From Camelus dromedarius (Eukaryota), in the NCBI RefSeq assembly GCF_036321535.1, contig NC_087438.1, forward strand, positions 5,644,001-5,708,000: DNA of 64,000 nt, in the 5' to 3' direction. Below, piece after piece: positions 25,915 through 38,939 of this stretch. Both the position numbers and the translations under genes were made by a program. Numbering within the stretch: the stretch's first letter is position 1; each line of letters begins with the position of its first letter. The notes under the pieces are model-generated. The model had not been told where the DNA came from. It saw only the letters and a program-made list of their open reading frames with translations, and made no database searches.

Positions 25915-26282
25915 TCTAGACATTCAAAAATGGGGGCATGGTTGGGACCAGAACAACCAGAAAAGGCTTTTGGAAGGAGAGCCCTCCCAGCGCATCTTCT
26001 CTTTACTGTTGGTTCCAACAGCAAGAAGAACGAGCAGTTCATTTTCAGGGAACTGGCTTGGGGTACGGGAGTGGCCGAGCTGAGACCACGTCTCTCACTA
26101 CCACAGATAGTGGCTGAGATGTGATACCAGCCTAGGTGCGGAGAGTGGAAACAGAATCACTGGAGGGACTTGAAGAAGACAGAGAGACTCAAAATTAAAG
26201 CTACATGAGATTGTTGCCTAATGGAGTTACTCAAAATTTATGTTTCTTTTATGTTTACTGGACTTTTTACTACAAGAGTTTG

Positions 26283-29205
26283 TTTTATTTTAACTTTTTA
26301 TTTTAGAATAGTTTATATGGATACAAAAGAAAGATACAACCCACATACTTCTCCCCTTACAGAGTCCCTGTTATTAATATCTTATATTGACTATTGGTCA
26401 AAAATTATAAACCAAAGTGAATAAAATATTAACTGAAGTCCATGCATTATTCAGATTCCCTCAGTTTTTACTGCATGTCCTCCTCTGTTCCGGACCAGAG
26501 GACCGGAGACTACATTTACTTGGCATGTCTCCTTAGGCTTCTCTTGGCTGTGACAGTTTCTCGGACTGTTTTCCATGACCTTGACTTTTTTGAGAAGTAC
26601 TGGGCAAGTGTTCAGCACAATGTCCTTCAATAGGGATCTGTCTGATGATTTTTCTCATTAGACTGGGGCAGGACCACAGTGGCACAGTGCCACTCTACTA
26701 CATCACCAGGGCACCTACTATCAACATGAATTATCACTGTTGGTGTTAACTTTGATCACCGGGCTGAGATGGTGTTGCTAGATTTCTCCACTGGGTAGCT
26801 ACTTTATTTCCTCTTCATCCCATTTTGTGCTCTTTGGGAGTCACTGTGTTTAGCTCACACTTATGAAGTGGAGAGCTCTGCTTCACCTCATTGAGGGTGG
26901 AGTATCCACAGACATGACTTGGAATTATTCTATTTGGGATGGTTATATATTCTCCCCCATTTATTTGTTGATTAAATCAGATGTTTATTTTAGTGTGGAC
27001 CCATGGATGTTAATTTTATACTTTTGGTTAAGTCCAGTACTACTTTATTTATTTATTTTTGTTCAAATCAGTAGCTTTGGCCATTGGGACCTTTTTCAGT
27101 TGGCCCCTGTCCTTTTGACATACTCCTATTATTGTGGTGTCTTGGCGCACTTTTATACTTTCTGGCACTACAGGATGCTGAAGACTCATCTTGAATGCTT
27201 CCTGCCCCAGTCCAAAAACCAGCCATTTCTCTAGAGCGACCTGGTTCCCTTTATTGGAGAATGGCATTAGAAACTAAAATCTGTGTATTGGTTGTGCTCA
27301 TTGCTCTGGGGCATCATTGCTTCTAGACTCTCTAGGCTTACAGAGCAAGGATGTATATGTATGTATTATGTATACTAGCACATGGACATACCCACATCTA
27401 TGAACATTTCTCTGTGTATCTGTCTCTCTTTATGTTAAGTTAAACATGAGTTCACACTGATGTCCAATTCTAATCAATTTCCATGTGGATTATTCTGGAC
27501 TATTCCACAGCTTTATCTGTAACCTCCTACTTCAGTGCGAAACCTGACTCCCACCACCTGCCATTCATTTACTTGATTCTTCAATACCAATATCCATGTA
27601 GAGTGGTTTTAGAGGTGTTACGTCTTACCTCTGTAGCAACAACTTTATCAAATCGAGTATGGTGCTTCTGTACATTTCTTTGTGCTTTTCGTCTTCAAGA
27701 GTTCACTCCTTTTCAAAGTTATCTAGGCCAGCCCTTCTTCCCTCTTCTTCAAGGAGATTGTTTTATGCATTTGTAATGTAGTTCAATTCTTTTGCTGTAT
27801 TCTGCATCCCATCCTGGGATTTTCTGACCTCCTAAATGATTTCTTAATATTTTCTTACTTTAAGGCTCACTCTTTGTGTGGTAAATTTCTGTGAACTTTG
27901 GCAAATGCATTGTGTCACTTGTCCACCGTTACTGCATCAGGCAGAATAGCTTATTGCCATAAAAAATCCCCTGTGCTTCACATATTCAATCTTCCCTGAC
28001 CTCAGATTCTTGACAACAACTTATCTGATTGCCATCTTTATATTGTTGCCTTTTCCACAATGTCATATAAATGGAATCACACAGTAGATCACCTTTCAGA
28101 CTGACTTCTTTTACTTAGCAATATGCATTTAAGATAGATCCATGTTTTTACATGTTTTCATAGCTCATTTCTATTTATTTGTGAATACTAGTCCATTCTA
28201 TGGATATATTACTGTTTGTTTATCTATTTTCCTATTGAAGGATCTCGGTTGCTTCAAGATTTTGGTGATTATAAATAAATGCTATAAATATTCACATACA
28301 GATTTTGTGTGGCCACAAGTTTTCCAATCAACCCAATTGCTGGGTGGTTTGGTAAGACTATGTTTAACTTTGACAGAAACTACCAATCTCTCCCCAAATG
28401 ACGATCATTTTGCACCACCACAAGCTACATCTGTGACAGCAATTGTTACTGTCACTCTTTTGGGGGGGATTTTAGATGTTCTAATAGGTGTGTAGTGATG
28501 CCTCATTTTCATTTTACTGTTGAGAAATAATTTTGAGCATCTTTTCATAGGCTTATTTGCCATCTATATGTCTTCATTGGTGAGGTGTCTGTTCAGATCT
28601 TTTGCTCATTTTTTGACTGAGTGGTTTGTTTTCCTGTTTTTGAGTTTGAAGAGTTCTTTGCATATTTTGGATCAGTCATTATCAGATACATGTTTTGCAG
28701 GTATTCTATCCCAGTCTGTGGCTTGTCTTTTCATTTTTTTTCCCAGCGTCTTTGCAGAGCAGAAGTTTTTAATTTTGATAAAGTACAACTTTTTGTCGTT
28801 ATTTCATGAAATTTGCTTTGCTATTGTATTTAAGGACTGCTCAAAAAAAATCTAAGATCATGTAGATTTTTTCTCCTATGTTTTCTTGTAGAAATCGTAT
28901 AGTATTGCATTTTATATTTAGATCGATGATCCATTTTGAGTTAATGTGTGTGAAAGGTATAAGACCTTTGTCTAGATTCTTCTTCTCCTTCTCCACATCT
29001 TCTTCCATCTGGACAACCAGTTGTCCCAATACTACTTATTGAAAAGACTATTGTTTTCAATTAATTTGCCTTTGCAGCTTTTACAAAAATCAGTTGACTG
29101 TCTGCATGTGGTTCTATGTCTCATCTCCACTGTGCTTCGTGGAGGTATGTAGTGTTTGTTACACAGCACTCTGTCTTAATTACTGTAGCTTTAGAATAAG
29201 TTTCA
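26283..29205 (-). mobile_element. About 2.9 kb old L1MC/L1MD-type fragment (3'UTR plus ORF2 3' part)
   Basis: Antisense L1 hallmarks: gagcatcttttcataggcttatttgccatctatatgtcttcattggtgaggtgtctgttcagatcttttgctcattt; gatccattttgagtta; long L1MC-like 3'UTR. Confidence 0.85.
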
Positions 29206-29579
29206 TGAGATCTCTCCAATGTGGGACTTGTCATAATAGGAAGGACTTCTAAGATGTGAAGTTTAAGGCAAATTTCTTTTAAATTAGGAGGATGTAGGAA
29301 ACAAACTCTAAAATTTGTAGTTTCAAAAATTTCCTAGTTCCATAATAATTTTCCATAGTGAATTACAGAAAGAAAATAAGAGCACTCATTTATATAGCTG
29401 ACAGCAAATTAATGAGGTGTATTTTGTTTGTTTTTGCATAAGTCTCAAGTATAAATATCTCCCATAAAGTTTAAACTAATTTGTGGAATGTAGGCTTATT
29501 AACATATACAGAGGGAGGCAGCTTTATTTGGTCTAAAAGGGACTGCAAAATGGCTGCAAAGGTCAACACATAAATTCAT

Positions 29580-30345
29580 AACACCCCAGAAAAAGTAACC
29601 GAAAGTGAAATAGAAACTGAGATACTAACATTAGTCTATAACCTACCTAGGATTAATTAGGAATTGAATTATTTATGCATAAATTGAAAAATTCAATTAA
29701 ATTATACCAAAGAGTGAATAAATGAAGAAACATGACATTGTAAATATGTCCATATTTCCCAAATTAGTAAAAAAAATGATTGCAACCCAGTGATATTTGG
29801 GGACTATTGGACAAAATATTTCTAAAATATATATGAAAATAAGATGGTCCCCAAGCTTCTAAGACAATTCTGGAAAAGACAGTAAGTAACTCATCCAACC
29901 TTGTAGAAAGAGTCTGTAGCCATAGCACATGGGGACAGTGACGGTCTTGGTGAGAGCAGTGGTTTTCAACCAGAGGTGATATTGTCCTTTAGTTTGAAGA
30001 TACTTTTGGTGTCAAAATTGGGGAGGGGCGAGTCCTACTGGCATGTAGAGGGTAAAGACTAGGGATGATGCTAAATTTTCCACAACACACAGGACAGTCC
30101 CCACAACAAAGCATTACCCAGACCAAAATGGTAGTCACGTTGAGGCTGAGAAATCCTGCCAAAAAGGAATAGAGAAATGGACCCATATCACAAGCAGATA
30201 ATGAAAAATTTGGCTCATCCTATAAAGAAAATAAAATTATATCACCACTCAGGTAAAAAAAAAAAAAAAAAGGCTCCAGATGGTTTAAAGATCTGAATAT
30301 ACATGGCAGAAGTATGACACTATTGTAGAAAAACAGCAAATATTT
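29580..30345 (+). mobile_element. Old L1M ORF2 fragment interrupted by MER20
   Basis: acctacctaggattaatt...aacatgacattgtaaatatgtccatatttcccaaattag...ttctaaaatatatatgaaaa. Confidence 0.6.
29957..30158. mobile_element. MER20 (hAT-Charlie) DNA transposon
   Basis: cagtggttttcaacc...ctactggcatgtagagggtaaagactagggatgatgctaaa...acaggacagtccccacaacaaag...tgaggctgagaaatcctg. Confidence 0.9.
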
Positions 30346-31297
30346 TTCAGAAATTTGTTCTCTGAATGTCAGAACAATTTCCCATAGTAATCATTTGAAA
30401 GTAAAAATATTAGTACTTATATGGTTGCCTCTTTGATTAAAACCCATCAGAGCTATCTCAATGGCTACTAGATAAAATTTAAAATTTTAGCCTATTTCTC
30501 TCTGATGAAATGCAGGCACACTTTTGAATACCCCCATTTCCCCTGCCTCTCTTGGTCCCTGGGGAGGGGTCTGTTGCTCTGATCCAGATGTATTTAATAC
30601 GAGTTGAGCTATCATTGCACTTAGAATCCTTAATTAACTTTCTTTAAAAGTCCTTTTTTGTTACTAAACCAAGAGATTCTCCTGGGGCAAACTCTGCCCT
30701 CCACATTTTTCCCCTGCACTGAGTGAAATGCACACAGCAGCCAGACACATGTTTAACTGCAGGAACTGACTGACCTCTGCTATGGGCAGGTAATCATTTT
30801 TCCTCACTCTCTTGCAGTCTTCTTTGGGTGAACTGTGAAAATCACTTATATTACTGCAAACTCGGATATACTAAATAAATGTCCATTTCTGCTTCTCAAT
30901 TACCAGAGACTATTAAGAGCTGCACTAAGAAATGACAAGGGAAATATTCCGAAATAAATGCAATTTAATAATGCAGTTTAGTAACCAATACCCCTATAAT
31001 CAAACAGATCTCAGAACGCATTACATATCATTACAATGTTTACAGAATAGTTAAAATCATGACATATGCCCAAGTGGAGAGCATTTTGATTTCTTTTGTT
31101 CTCATGTGGATTGATCACATAGATTTTTTTTTTTACTTTGAACATTGTACATCACATCCTCACATTTATTTTTATTTTAATCAAAGTTGATGTTTCAGAA
31201 TCTTGCCTATCTTTGAAATAAGGACACGCAAAAGTAAATACTAGTAGCTCTATTTTCACTTGAGATAATGAACATATCAAATTGAGAATGCATTTGA

Positions 31298-31355
31298 TAT
31301 GCTGTACGCCAGAAATTAACACAACATTGTAAACTGACTATACTTCAATAAAAAA
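31298..31355 (+). mobile_element. Ultra-short L1 3' tip insertion
   Basis: tatgctgtacgccagaaattaacacaacattgtaaactgactatacttcaataaaaaa; 13-bp TSD agaatgcatttga/agaatgtgtttga. Confidence 0.85.
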
Positions 31356-31605
31356 AGAATGTGTTTGAAATACAAAATGGGAGATGCAAGTTAGTTTTAC
31401 ATTTAGAATTCCCAGCAGTTCTGGCAAACAAAAACTTAATTTCTTGCATAGGGAGGCTTTCCCGTGGCCGTCTGACTTCTGCGATGGCCTGAAGGCAATC
31501 TTTGTGACTCATTTACACAATGATTGGTTTCACTGGTTAATGAGAAAAACTCAAAGAGCTAAGAGTTATCTGCTAAGTCTTATTTTCAGCGTACTGAATT
31601 TCTAG

Positions 31606-31952
31606 TGTTAAAAAACAAGATTCAACCAAAGAAATTTGAAGGTCTGATTGGCTTTATTCAAAATTCATGAATCATGTAACATCACATCTAGCAAGTAGAA
31701 AGGAGCTCCTTCAACGAGCTGTGCAAATGGAAGGCTTTAGCAGAACCGGGACAAGACAAGAGGGTTACCAGCCAGCAAAGAGAAGGGGTTGTTTCAGGCA
31801 TGATTACCTCACCAGTGCAGACCAGGAAATTCCAGACTGATCCGTTTAAAATTTCACTCCTGGGGCTGGCTAAAACAGTAATTAGGTTAGGCATTATGTT
31901 TTGGTGAGGTTTAGCAGAAGTGACCCCATTTGGAATTTGTTTCTTTTTAACA
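31606..31952 (-). mobile_element. Short ERV1-class solo LTR
   Basis: TGTTAAAAA...TTTTTAACA terminal inverted ends; reverse polyA signal tttatt at about 31653; TSD poorly preserved (ctag/cttt). Confidence 0.65.
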
Positions 31953-33831
31953 CTTTCCAGCCGTGGATCAGTTAGAGGCGGTGGGTGGGAGAAGTCACTT
32001 GCTCAGGGAGCTTTAGAACACTGAACTGTTGCAAGGCCCACCCTTGCGGCTCCTCCAAAAGCAGTGGGACCCGTCACGGGAGACAGCTAACGGGGGGAGT
32101 GGGAGGTACACCTAAGCTTCTCATTCCCGTTTCATGCCAATTTCCTGTAAAGGTTTCTATTTTCCTGAGATTCCCTGGAAGTTAACCTTGAGGATTGTAT
32201 TAGAGTTTTTCTAAGAAAGCTTGTCCAGGCCCTTTCATCGGGATAGACTGCAGGGCCAGGGTGATGGGCTAAAGGGTCATATTAGCCAATGTAAGTTATG
32301 GGGTCTTTTCTCAGCAAATTGTGAGCAATAATTCAGCTGGACCACAAAGGGGGAACTTGTGGGAACTTACAGTAGACAGGACAGAATAAATTAAGAGGAG
32401 TCAGAATAGTCATGAGATTCACAAAGCTCACATGGAATTTCCCCAGGAAGAATTCCCTTGGGTTCTCAGCTGAAGGCGCATTGCAGCAATGGAATTATTA
32501 CCAACTCCATCAGTGAGTGGGATTGAAAATTCCACACTGTTAAATGTCAAAAGATCAAATGTGGGGCTGTGCTTTATGTCGGAAGATGTGCTTATGGAAT
32601 GCCACATAAGACAAATTTCACACCCAAATTATTCTACATTTTAAGGCAAAGTTGTAGTCACAACAATACATGACATATTGAATGTGCATTTACAGTGGAA
32701 TTCATTTTCCTGAGCAGAGCGGGGAAAAAACAGGGCTCTTAGCTCTCAGTTGCTGAGTTGGATCAATAATTAGTGGATTATTATGGATATTAGTTCTCAT
32801 GTTTTTATTAACTATAATTTAATTTTAAGCCACAGCTTTGCCTTAAACTGTAATTAAAGTCAATAGAATTCCTGAAAACAAATTGCTTCTGAGATTTAAA
32901 ACTACTAGCAGGTTAACAGTCTTGGGAGACAGCAGTGGCGGGACGGGATGACGAGTCTACAGGCTGTGCACGAAGAATCACTGGGTTGCTGAATAAATAT
33001 GACTTGGAATTTTGATAGCAACTTTCAGCCAGTAAGTTCATTCTGATGACTTAAGACTGATGTTCTAACTAGAATGCAATTCAGCTACAAAGAACCAATT
33101 TTTTTTTCCCCAATATCTGAAGGCACAGGAGGAAGCGAATTCTTTCTACCTGCCTTCTGGGTGATGGGAAGAAATAGCTAGAGAAGGCTCACCAGTCTGA
33201 GGAACTGGAAGGCTTCTGTTGCTTAGCAATGAGATCTCAACCCTTGTCTCAGCCACCAGGGGGGGATCCATCATGTCCAGAATCTCGGCCAGTGCACACC
33301 TGGCCTCCCGCAGGGAGCCAGCACTCACACACCTGCACATTCAAACCTGAACTCTCAGTCAGCAGGAAAGAATTCTGTCTGCAAAATCTGCTGGTAGACC
33401 ACTACTCATTTTAAGGACTGCAAACTTAATGGAAACCAAATATCATTTAGATTGCAATCTCTCTATAAAATAACTCCCCTGCTCAAAAGTCTATTCCAAA
33501 ATAAATAAGCTAGTGGACAAGTGGAAGGAGGTTAGTCTCACCCATACTAACCCGCTGTCATCAACACAGGCAGTCCACCTATGTTGTACCTGGAGGCAGA
33601 TCTGGACCCAGTCTTTGGTGAATGTCACTGGCCTGTCGGTCTTGTCTTTGTCTTTCTCCTCGCCTGCTACCCATCCTTCGTCTAGGACCACCTCTTTAAA
33701 CCCAAAATGTGCTGAGCTGCTTCAGGTGAGTTGGCAAAGTTAACCTTGTAGATGGCAGCCCCTCTCATGTCAGCGAGTCTAAACTGCCCAGTTGAAACTG
33801 AACTTGAGAAAATAAACTGCACATTTGCTTC

Positions 33832-34305
33832 TGTGAAGGAAGAATACTGCAAACCACATCAGTAAACAAGGAATGCTGAAGCCATCAAGTCATTAGCGGC
33901 TGCCGCCACCCCCCCAGTGCAGACAAGCCTGCAGCCACTCACAGTGGTGCCCTCTGAGGGGACCCAGAATAAGAAAGGACAGGACTCTGGCCCTAGATAG
34001 CTAGGTGCTTGTCAAAGGAATGAATTCAGTGAGCCTCAATGTTTGCTTCCTCTCATGCATAGAAAAGCACTAAATTCTTTAACTTGAGATGCCTGGTTTT
34101 CTTTAGTTAACAAGTAATCTTTTAACGTTCTGACTACCTGGTCTTTGTTGTAAAACTCCTGTATATCCTAGCTCCTCCCCTACCTCTTTGGAGCAGTCCC
34201 TCAGAGCCATTTGAGAGGCCGTCCTCCCAGGCTGAGTCCTCTGATTTGCCCACCAAATAAAACATAACTCTCAACTTTTAGGTTGTGCATTTATTTCAGT
34301 TGACA
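33832..34305 (+). mobile_element. ERV1-class solo LTR
   Basis: TGTGAAG...GTTGACA; perfect TSD CTTC; TATA-like gtatatcc and AATAAA; highly similar to 51627-52079. Confidence 0.92.
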
Positions 34306-35650
34306 CTTCTTACCCCCTATGACCACCTCAGTGCCGGTGAGCGATGGAGACTGACCCTTACCCCCACCGTGAGTGTGTAATCAGCTCAAGTCAAAGTTCA
34401 TGAAGGTGAGGACAGAAGGTTCTGGGCAGACAGAACGGGACTTCTCCTGCCTGAATAAAATGGCATGTTTAGAGAAAATAGAGGAGTTTGGAGAAGATAG
34501 GCATTAGATCTAATTAAACTTGCGAGATCTGCTCTCTTGCCCCAGTTGCCCACTGCAGAACGGCCTCTCCCTGACTGCGGAGCCAGCTCTCCCCTCCCAG
34601 CTCAGCTCCCTGGCAAGAGATTACACTGAAACGCTTGGGGCTGTTGCTAAGTGCTCCTCCCCATTCCCAGCAATTCTCAGATCCTGCACGTGCATCCCCT
34701 GAGGACTCAGTCCCCTGGAAGGTCCAACAAGCCCCTCAGTGATGCTAATGCTCTAGCCTGAGGGCCACACTGTGAATGCCACAGTACTCAGCCCCTTGGG
34801 GCGGGAGACTCCTTTCCCATCCCGGTTCTGTGCTGGAACCCCTGGTGAGAGGCTTCCTGGGGCAGCCCACACAGGGCAACCCAGACAGAGAATTGTTTTC
34901 CTCGCGTTGACTTAAAGGTGTACAATCACCGACTCTGCATCCCTGCTAACAACATTGGTGCAGAGAGATGTCCATGCTTCTCTTGGGCTATGAGAAGCCA
35001 TGCATCTGGGGCGTCCCTTCTGTGCCTGAACTTGTGACTTGGGGGCTAACGTGGCAGGCAGTGGAAACCCTTCCCTCAAGGTAGATGAAGCCCAAAGGAT
35101 GAGTTCCCTGTAGCTGGATGGCTTGGATACGTTTCCTGGGAACACGGCCTCTGCATGGAATCAAGCTTCCTTGCTCTGCTGAAGAATCCATCAGACCGTC
35201 TGGAAGGAACATCCTACCCTCACGCCCGTCAAGCTCTGGGACTTGTGGGCTGGGCTGAATCCTGAGGGTCATTCCTTCAAACAGCCTGTTTAAAGATGGG
35301 GAAATGAAGGCCTCAAGAAACTAAGGCGCTTTCTCCTGATTGGCATGTTGAGTTCAGGGTTGCGGCACCTGGGGTGTGGCTCCTGGTCCAGCACCCTTTT
35401 CCTCCAGGACACATAGTCTTGCATGTTAAAGCTGGTGTTCTCCTCTGCGTTCGGGAAGATGCCTTTAAGTCATCAGAGAAACCTTAATAACAATATCTCT
35501 TTTTATAAATTATGATGCGAGCACAAACTTTATTATCAATAATAAATATTGTGTATGCAGGATTAGGAATTAAAAAACAAACAGACATGCCCAGAAGTGA
35601 CATGTTGCCCATAGTCTGACTGTTAGTAAAACAGTTGTCACCGAAACAGC

Positions 35651-36118
35651 TGTGGGGACAGAAAACTTATCCCTTCTTGTTACTTTGGTTGATCTAATCA
35701 TTACATTGCCATCAGACAGCTTAATAGGAAGAAAACAAATTATGTACATATGGAAGCCCCATGGAAATATGAGCCTTCCCAGCAGTCGGGGAATTGAGGT
35801 TTATATGCCATCCTGAGATAAGAAGGAGGTTGGGGTCTGGGGTCTCAAAAGGGGGGAAGATGATTCACAGGAAGCTGAGAAGAGCAGATGTTTGATAAAC
35901 AAATATTTGCTATGCCATGTAAGTAAGTCTTTCCTGTAAAAAAATTATTTTTGGTAATAATTCTCTTCTGGGTACAGGCCCCTCATCTAAATCCTTTTAG
36001 GCAGTTAAGGGGGAAGCAAAATGCTATTTATGAGGCTGCTAGGCCCTGACTGTCTTCAGCTGGAAATAATCTGCATGGCAAAGTGACACATTCTGGGTGG
36101 CAGATTAGGTCCCCATCA
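35651..36118 (-). mobile_element. ERV1-class solo LTR related to 15724-16271
   Basis: TGTGGGGAC...GTCCCCATCA; TSD CAGC/AAGC; shares tgataaacaaatatttgct and aaataatc..catg.caa blocks with the 15.7 kb LTR. Confidence 0.8.
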
Positions 36119-37479
36119 AAGCCAAGCATCATGACGGCCAAACCCTCCTCCACTCTGAGCTCACAGTTCCTTACCATTCAGATGGCAATCAACACCCGCC
36201 TCCCATCATACTTCACACTCACCTGAAGCAAATCAAACCACCTGATCACATCCAGATGTGGCAGCTCCAGAGAGAACTAATAATCTTGTGAAACTCATCC
36301 TACCTGAAGTGTGATGTAGGCTGGTGAGGGCGCCCAGGCTGTCCGCACCGTACTCACCTGCGCGGGTAAGCAGCATCGGTTTATTGGTGGGAAAATCCAC
36401 AGGAAATATTTGAGACTTGACCCTGATGTCGAAAGGAATGAGATTTCAGCAGTCATGAAACTCTGAGTCTAGAAGTTTATTTACACAGCAGAACCAGCTA
36501 GGTTCTTCATTCCCTGAACCATCTGCTCATTTCTTAGCTGAACTATCCTGTGAATGGTTGTCAAGAACTAAGATTTGCTAAATTTGTTTATTTTTGCTTT
36601 TCCCTCAGCTCAAATTAGACACATATGTTCATCACCTCCGCCTATGAATAGTTCCACATGAACTGTTTTCCTCATTTTATTCAGAGCTGATCAGTCAAAA
36701 CAGTTATGATTTCAAAGCTGACCTGCAAAAAAAAAAAAATGGCATGCACAACTTCTTTTATTAATTGTGTGTCTTTGCAAACTAGCAAATGAACTCAATT
36801 AACTGAAATACAGCGTGCATCTTGGCACCGTAATTAGTGCAGCCTCCAGGTAGGAGTCAGTGATGGCGTCATTTGGCTGCGGAAGCCCCAGGAAGAGCCA
36901 TCATGTCCCAGAGTTCATGTCTGAAGTAGGGACTGATAATGGGATCCGGGACTTTTCATCTCTAGAGTTGCGTCATTAATGAGGCCACACACCGTTACCG
37001 CTGAGAATAATGACCATGTGAAGACAGCTCTCAGTAAGGTCCTTGGAGGTCTGGGGGAGCTGGGAAAACTCATTCCCAGGTCAACCCGCATTGCCAAGCG
37101 CTCTCCTGCAGGAGTGGCAGATCCGGAGCAGTGAGTGTTATTGGAACGCTCAGAAGTCATCTGGGGCCATTTAGGAAGGCACATGGGCACATCCTGGTCT
37201 ATGATTGACGCTGAAGGTTGAGAAGGGTCTATAGATAAAGCTGAGTCTCAGATGACAAAATAAATAGACAGTGGCTTTCACTGCATCACAGTAGAGGAAC
37301 TGAGAAGAAAGGGAAGGCATATTTATCATATCATGTGACAAGCTCATTTCTCTTTCTTTCTCTCTAGGAATAGACAAAGATATATCTGTGTATATAGACA
37401 CTCACATGTTTTATCTATAAATAGGCAAATACAGATATATTTCTGTATACATACACACATATATATGTATATATGATGG

Positions 37480-37600
37480 CTTATTTAGTTCTTGCAGAAA
37501 CCCTATAAGCATTTAAATAATTTTATCTAGACTGAGGCTTAGATCATTGCTATAACTTATGCTAGGTTCCACAAATGTTAAGTGGCAGAAAGAGAATAAA
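37480..37600 (-). mobile_element. MIR fragment
   Basis: aaccctataag...actgaggcttaga...taacttatgctaggttccacaaatgttaagtggcaga. Confidence 0.6.
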
Positions 37601-37614
37601 ATCTATCTATTACC

Positions 37615-37668
37615 TTTCTTTCTATCTACCTACCTACCTACTTAACTACCTGCCTACCTACCTACCTA
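37615..37668. repeat. (CTAC)n microsatellite
   Basis: tctacctacctacctacttaactacctgcctacctacctacc. Confidence 0.85.
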
Positions 37669-38206
37669 TTCTCATCTGTTACTCTGTTGTCCTTATCTGT
37701 CCTGTCTCCACTGTCTAGAGCAGAGCCTGGCACAGACTGGACTTTGTTTACCAAACTGCACTCTGACAACCCCAGTGCCCATATTCTTTCCGCCACATCC
37801 CTGTGCCTCACCAGAAGGGATTCCTGCTAACATTCTGCCCATGTTTCTCATTTGATGAGAGAATTTTCCTCTAAGGATTGGCGGGAACGAGCTGCCCCAG
37901 GAAAGGCAAGAATCTGCGTCAATAAATCCCTGTTTATGTTCCCTGCTGATCTGGAACCTGAAGGCACAGACTAGCTAGAAAGAGGGGGACCAGCTGAAGA
38001 CTATACTAGAGACGTGCATAATGTCTGAGGTGCTGAAGATACATGGCCCACGGAAGAATGTGTGAGGCAGATCTCAAGGATTAGCATAAATTAATTCCTT
38101 TTATGATGAGTGTTTTATCTGACCTTGAAGAGCCAAGGACTTGTGAGGATGATGTACAGAAGAAATGATTAATAGTGCCTATTTTCAAAAAATATACTGT
38201 GGCTCG

Positions 38207-38410
38207 TTCATTCATTTACTCCACACGCTTACTGACTGCACAACACGCAGCAGCCGTCCTGCTGAGAAGTCCCAGCAGTTTGTAAACAGAAGCCACACTG
38301 AATGTAACGGAGAGGAGATGAGGAGACGCGGCGCGCACACCGCTTCCTGCGGCCACTGGAGGAAGAGAACATGGAGACGTGCAGCCGAGAGCGGGGCCGG
38401 ATGAATTTGG
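38207..38410 (-). mobile_element. L2 3'-end relic, GC-enriched
   Basis: ttcattcatttactccacacgcttactga resembles the antisense L2 tail (ttcattcattcaacaaatatttattga). Confidence 0.5.
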
Positions 38411-38939
38411 GAAACACCCCACGGCCTATGGCAAGAGCAAGTGACAGCGAGAGAACAAGCCATCTGAGACAGATGGGACACAAGGGGCTCTCTAGGCAGA
38501 GGGTTTTCTCAAAATATGGAGTCAAATGGGGGGGGGTCTGATGCCCTCTACTGCTGAAGTTTATGAAACATGTACATCTGGTGTCCGTCCTTGGATCGCA
38601 TGTTCTAAACCATTGCATAAAATCATGAGGAATCATTTTAAAGTCCCACATATATTTATATAGAAATCAGTGCTTTGAAAGTTTAAATTGTTTAAGAAAG
38701 CATTTTCTTCTGATTTATCAACATGTAAAACACACAACACACTAAAGAGAATTAGTCCCGCAGTTCGCACTCGTGGTGAAGAAGTCAGGCGCGAATAATC
38801 CCGATGTGCCACTGGTCCCCGACTCTCTGGCTTAGTTATTCGATTGACAGAGCAGTTGAGGAGATGCGTAGGTACAGAGAGCCCTTACTCGTTCCTCCAA
38901 GTATGACAAACAGAGCAATTCGACCCTGGCTCAGTGCCC

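Noticed and set aside
28142..29029. Hydrophobic, membrane-protein-like ORFs
   Set aside because: Antisense translation of the L1 ORF2 remnant
33253..33270. CTCF-like CCACCAGGGGGGAT (and CTTGTAGATGGCAGC near 33745)
   Set aside because: Mismatches in core positions; not supportable without a PWM score or ChIP data
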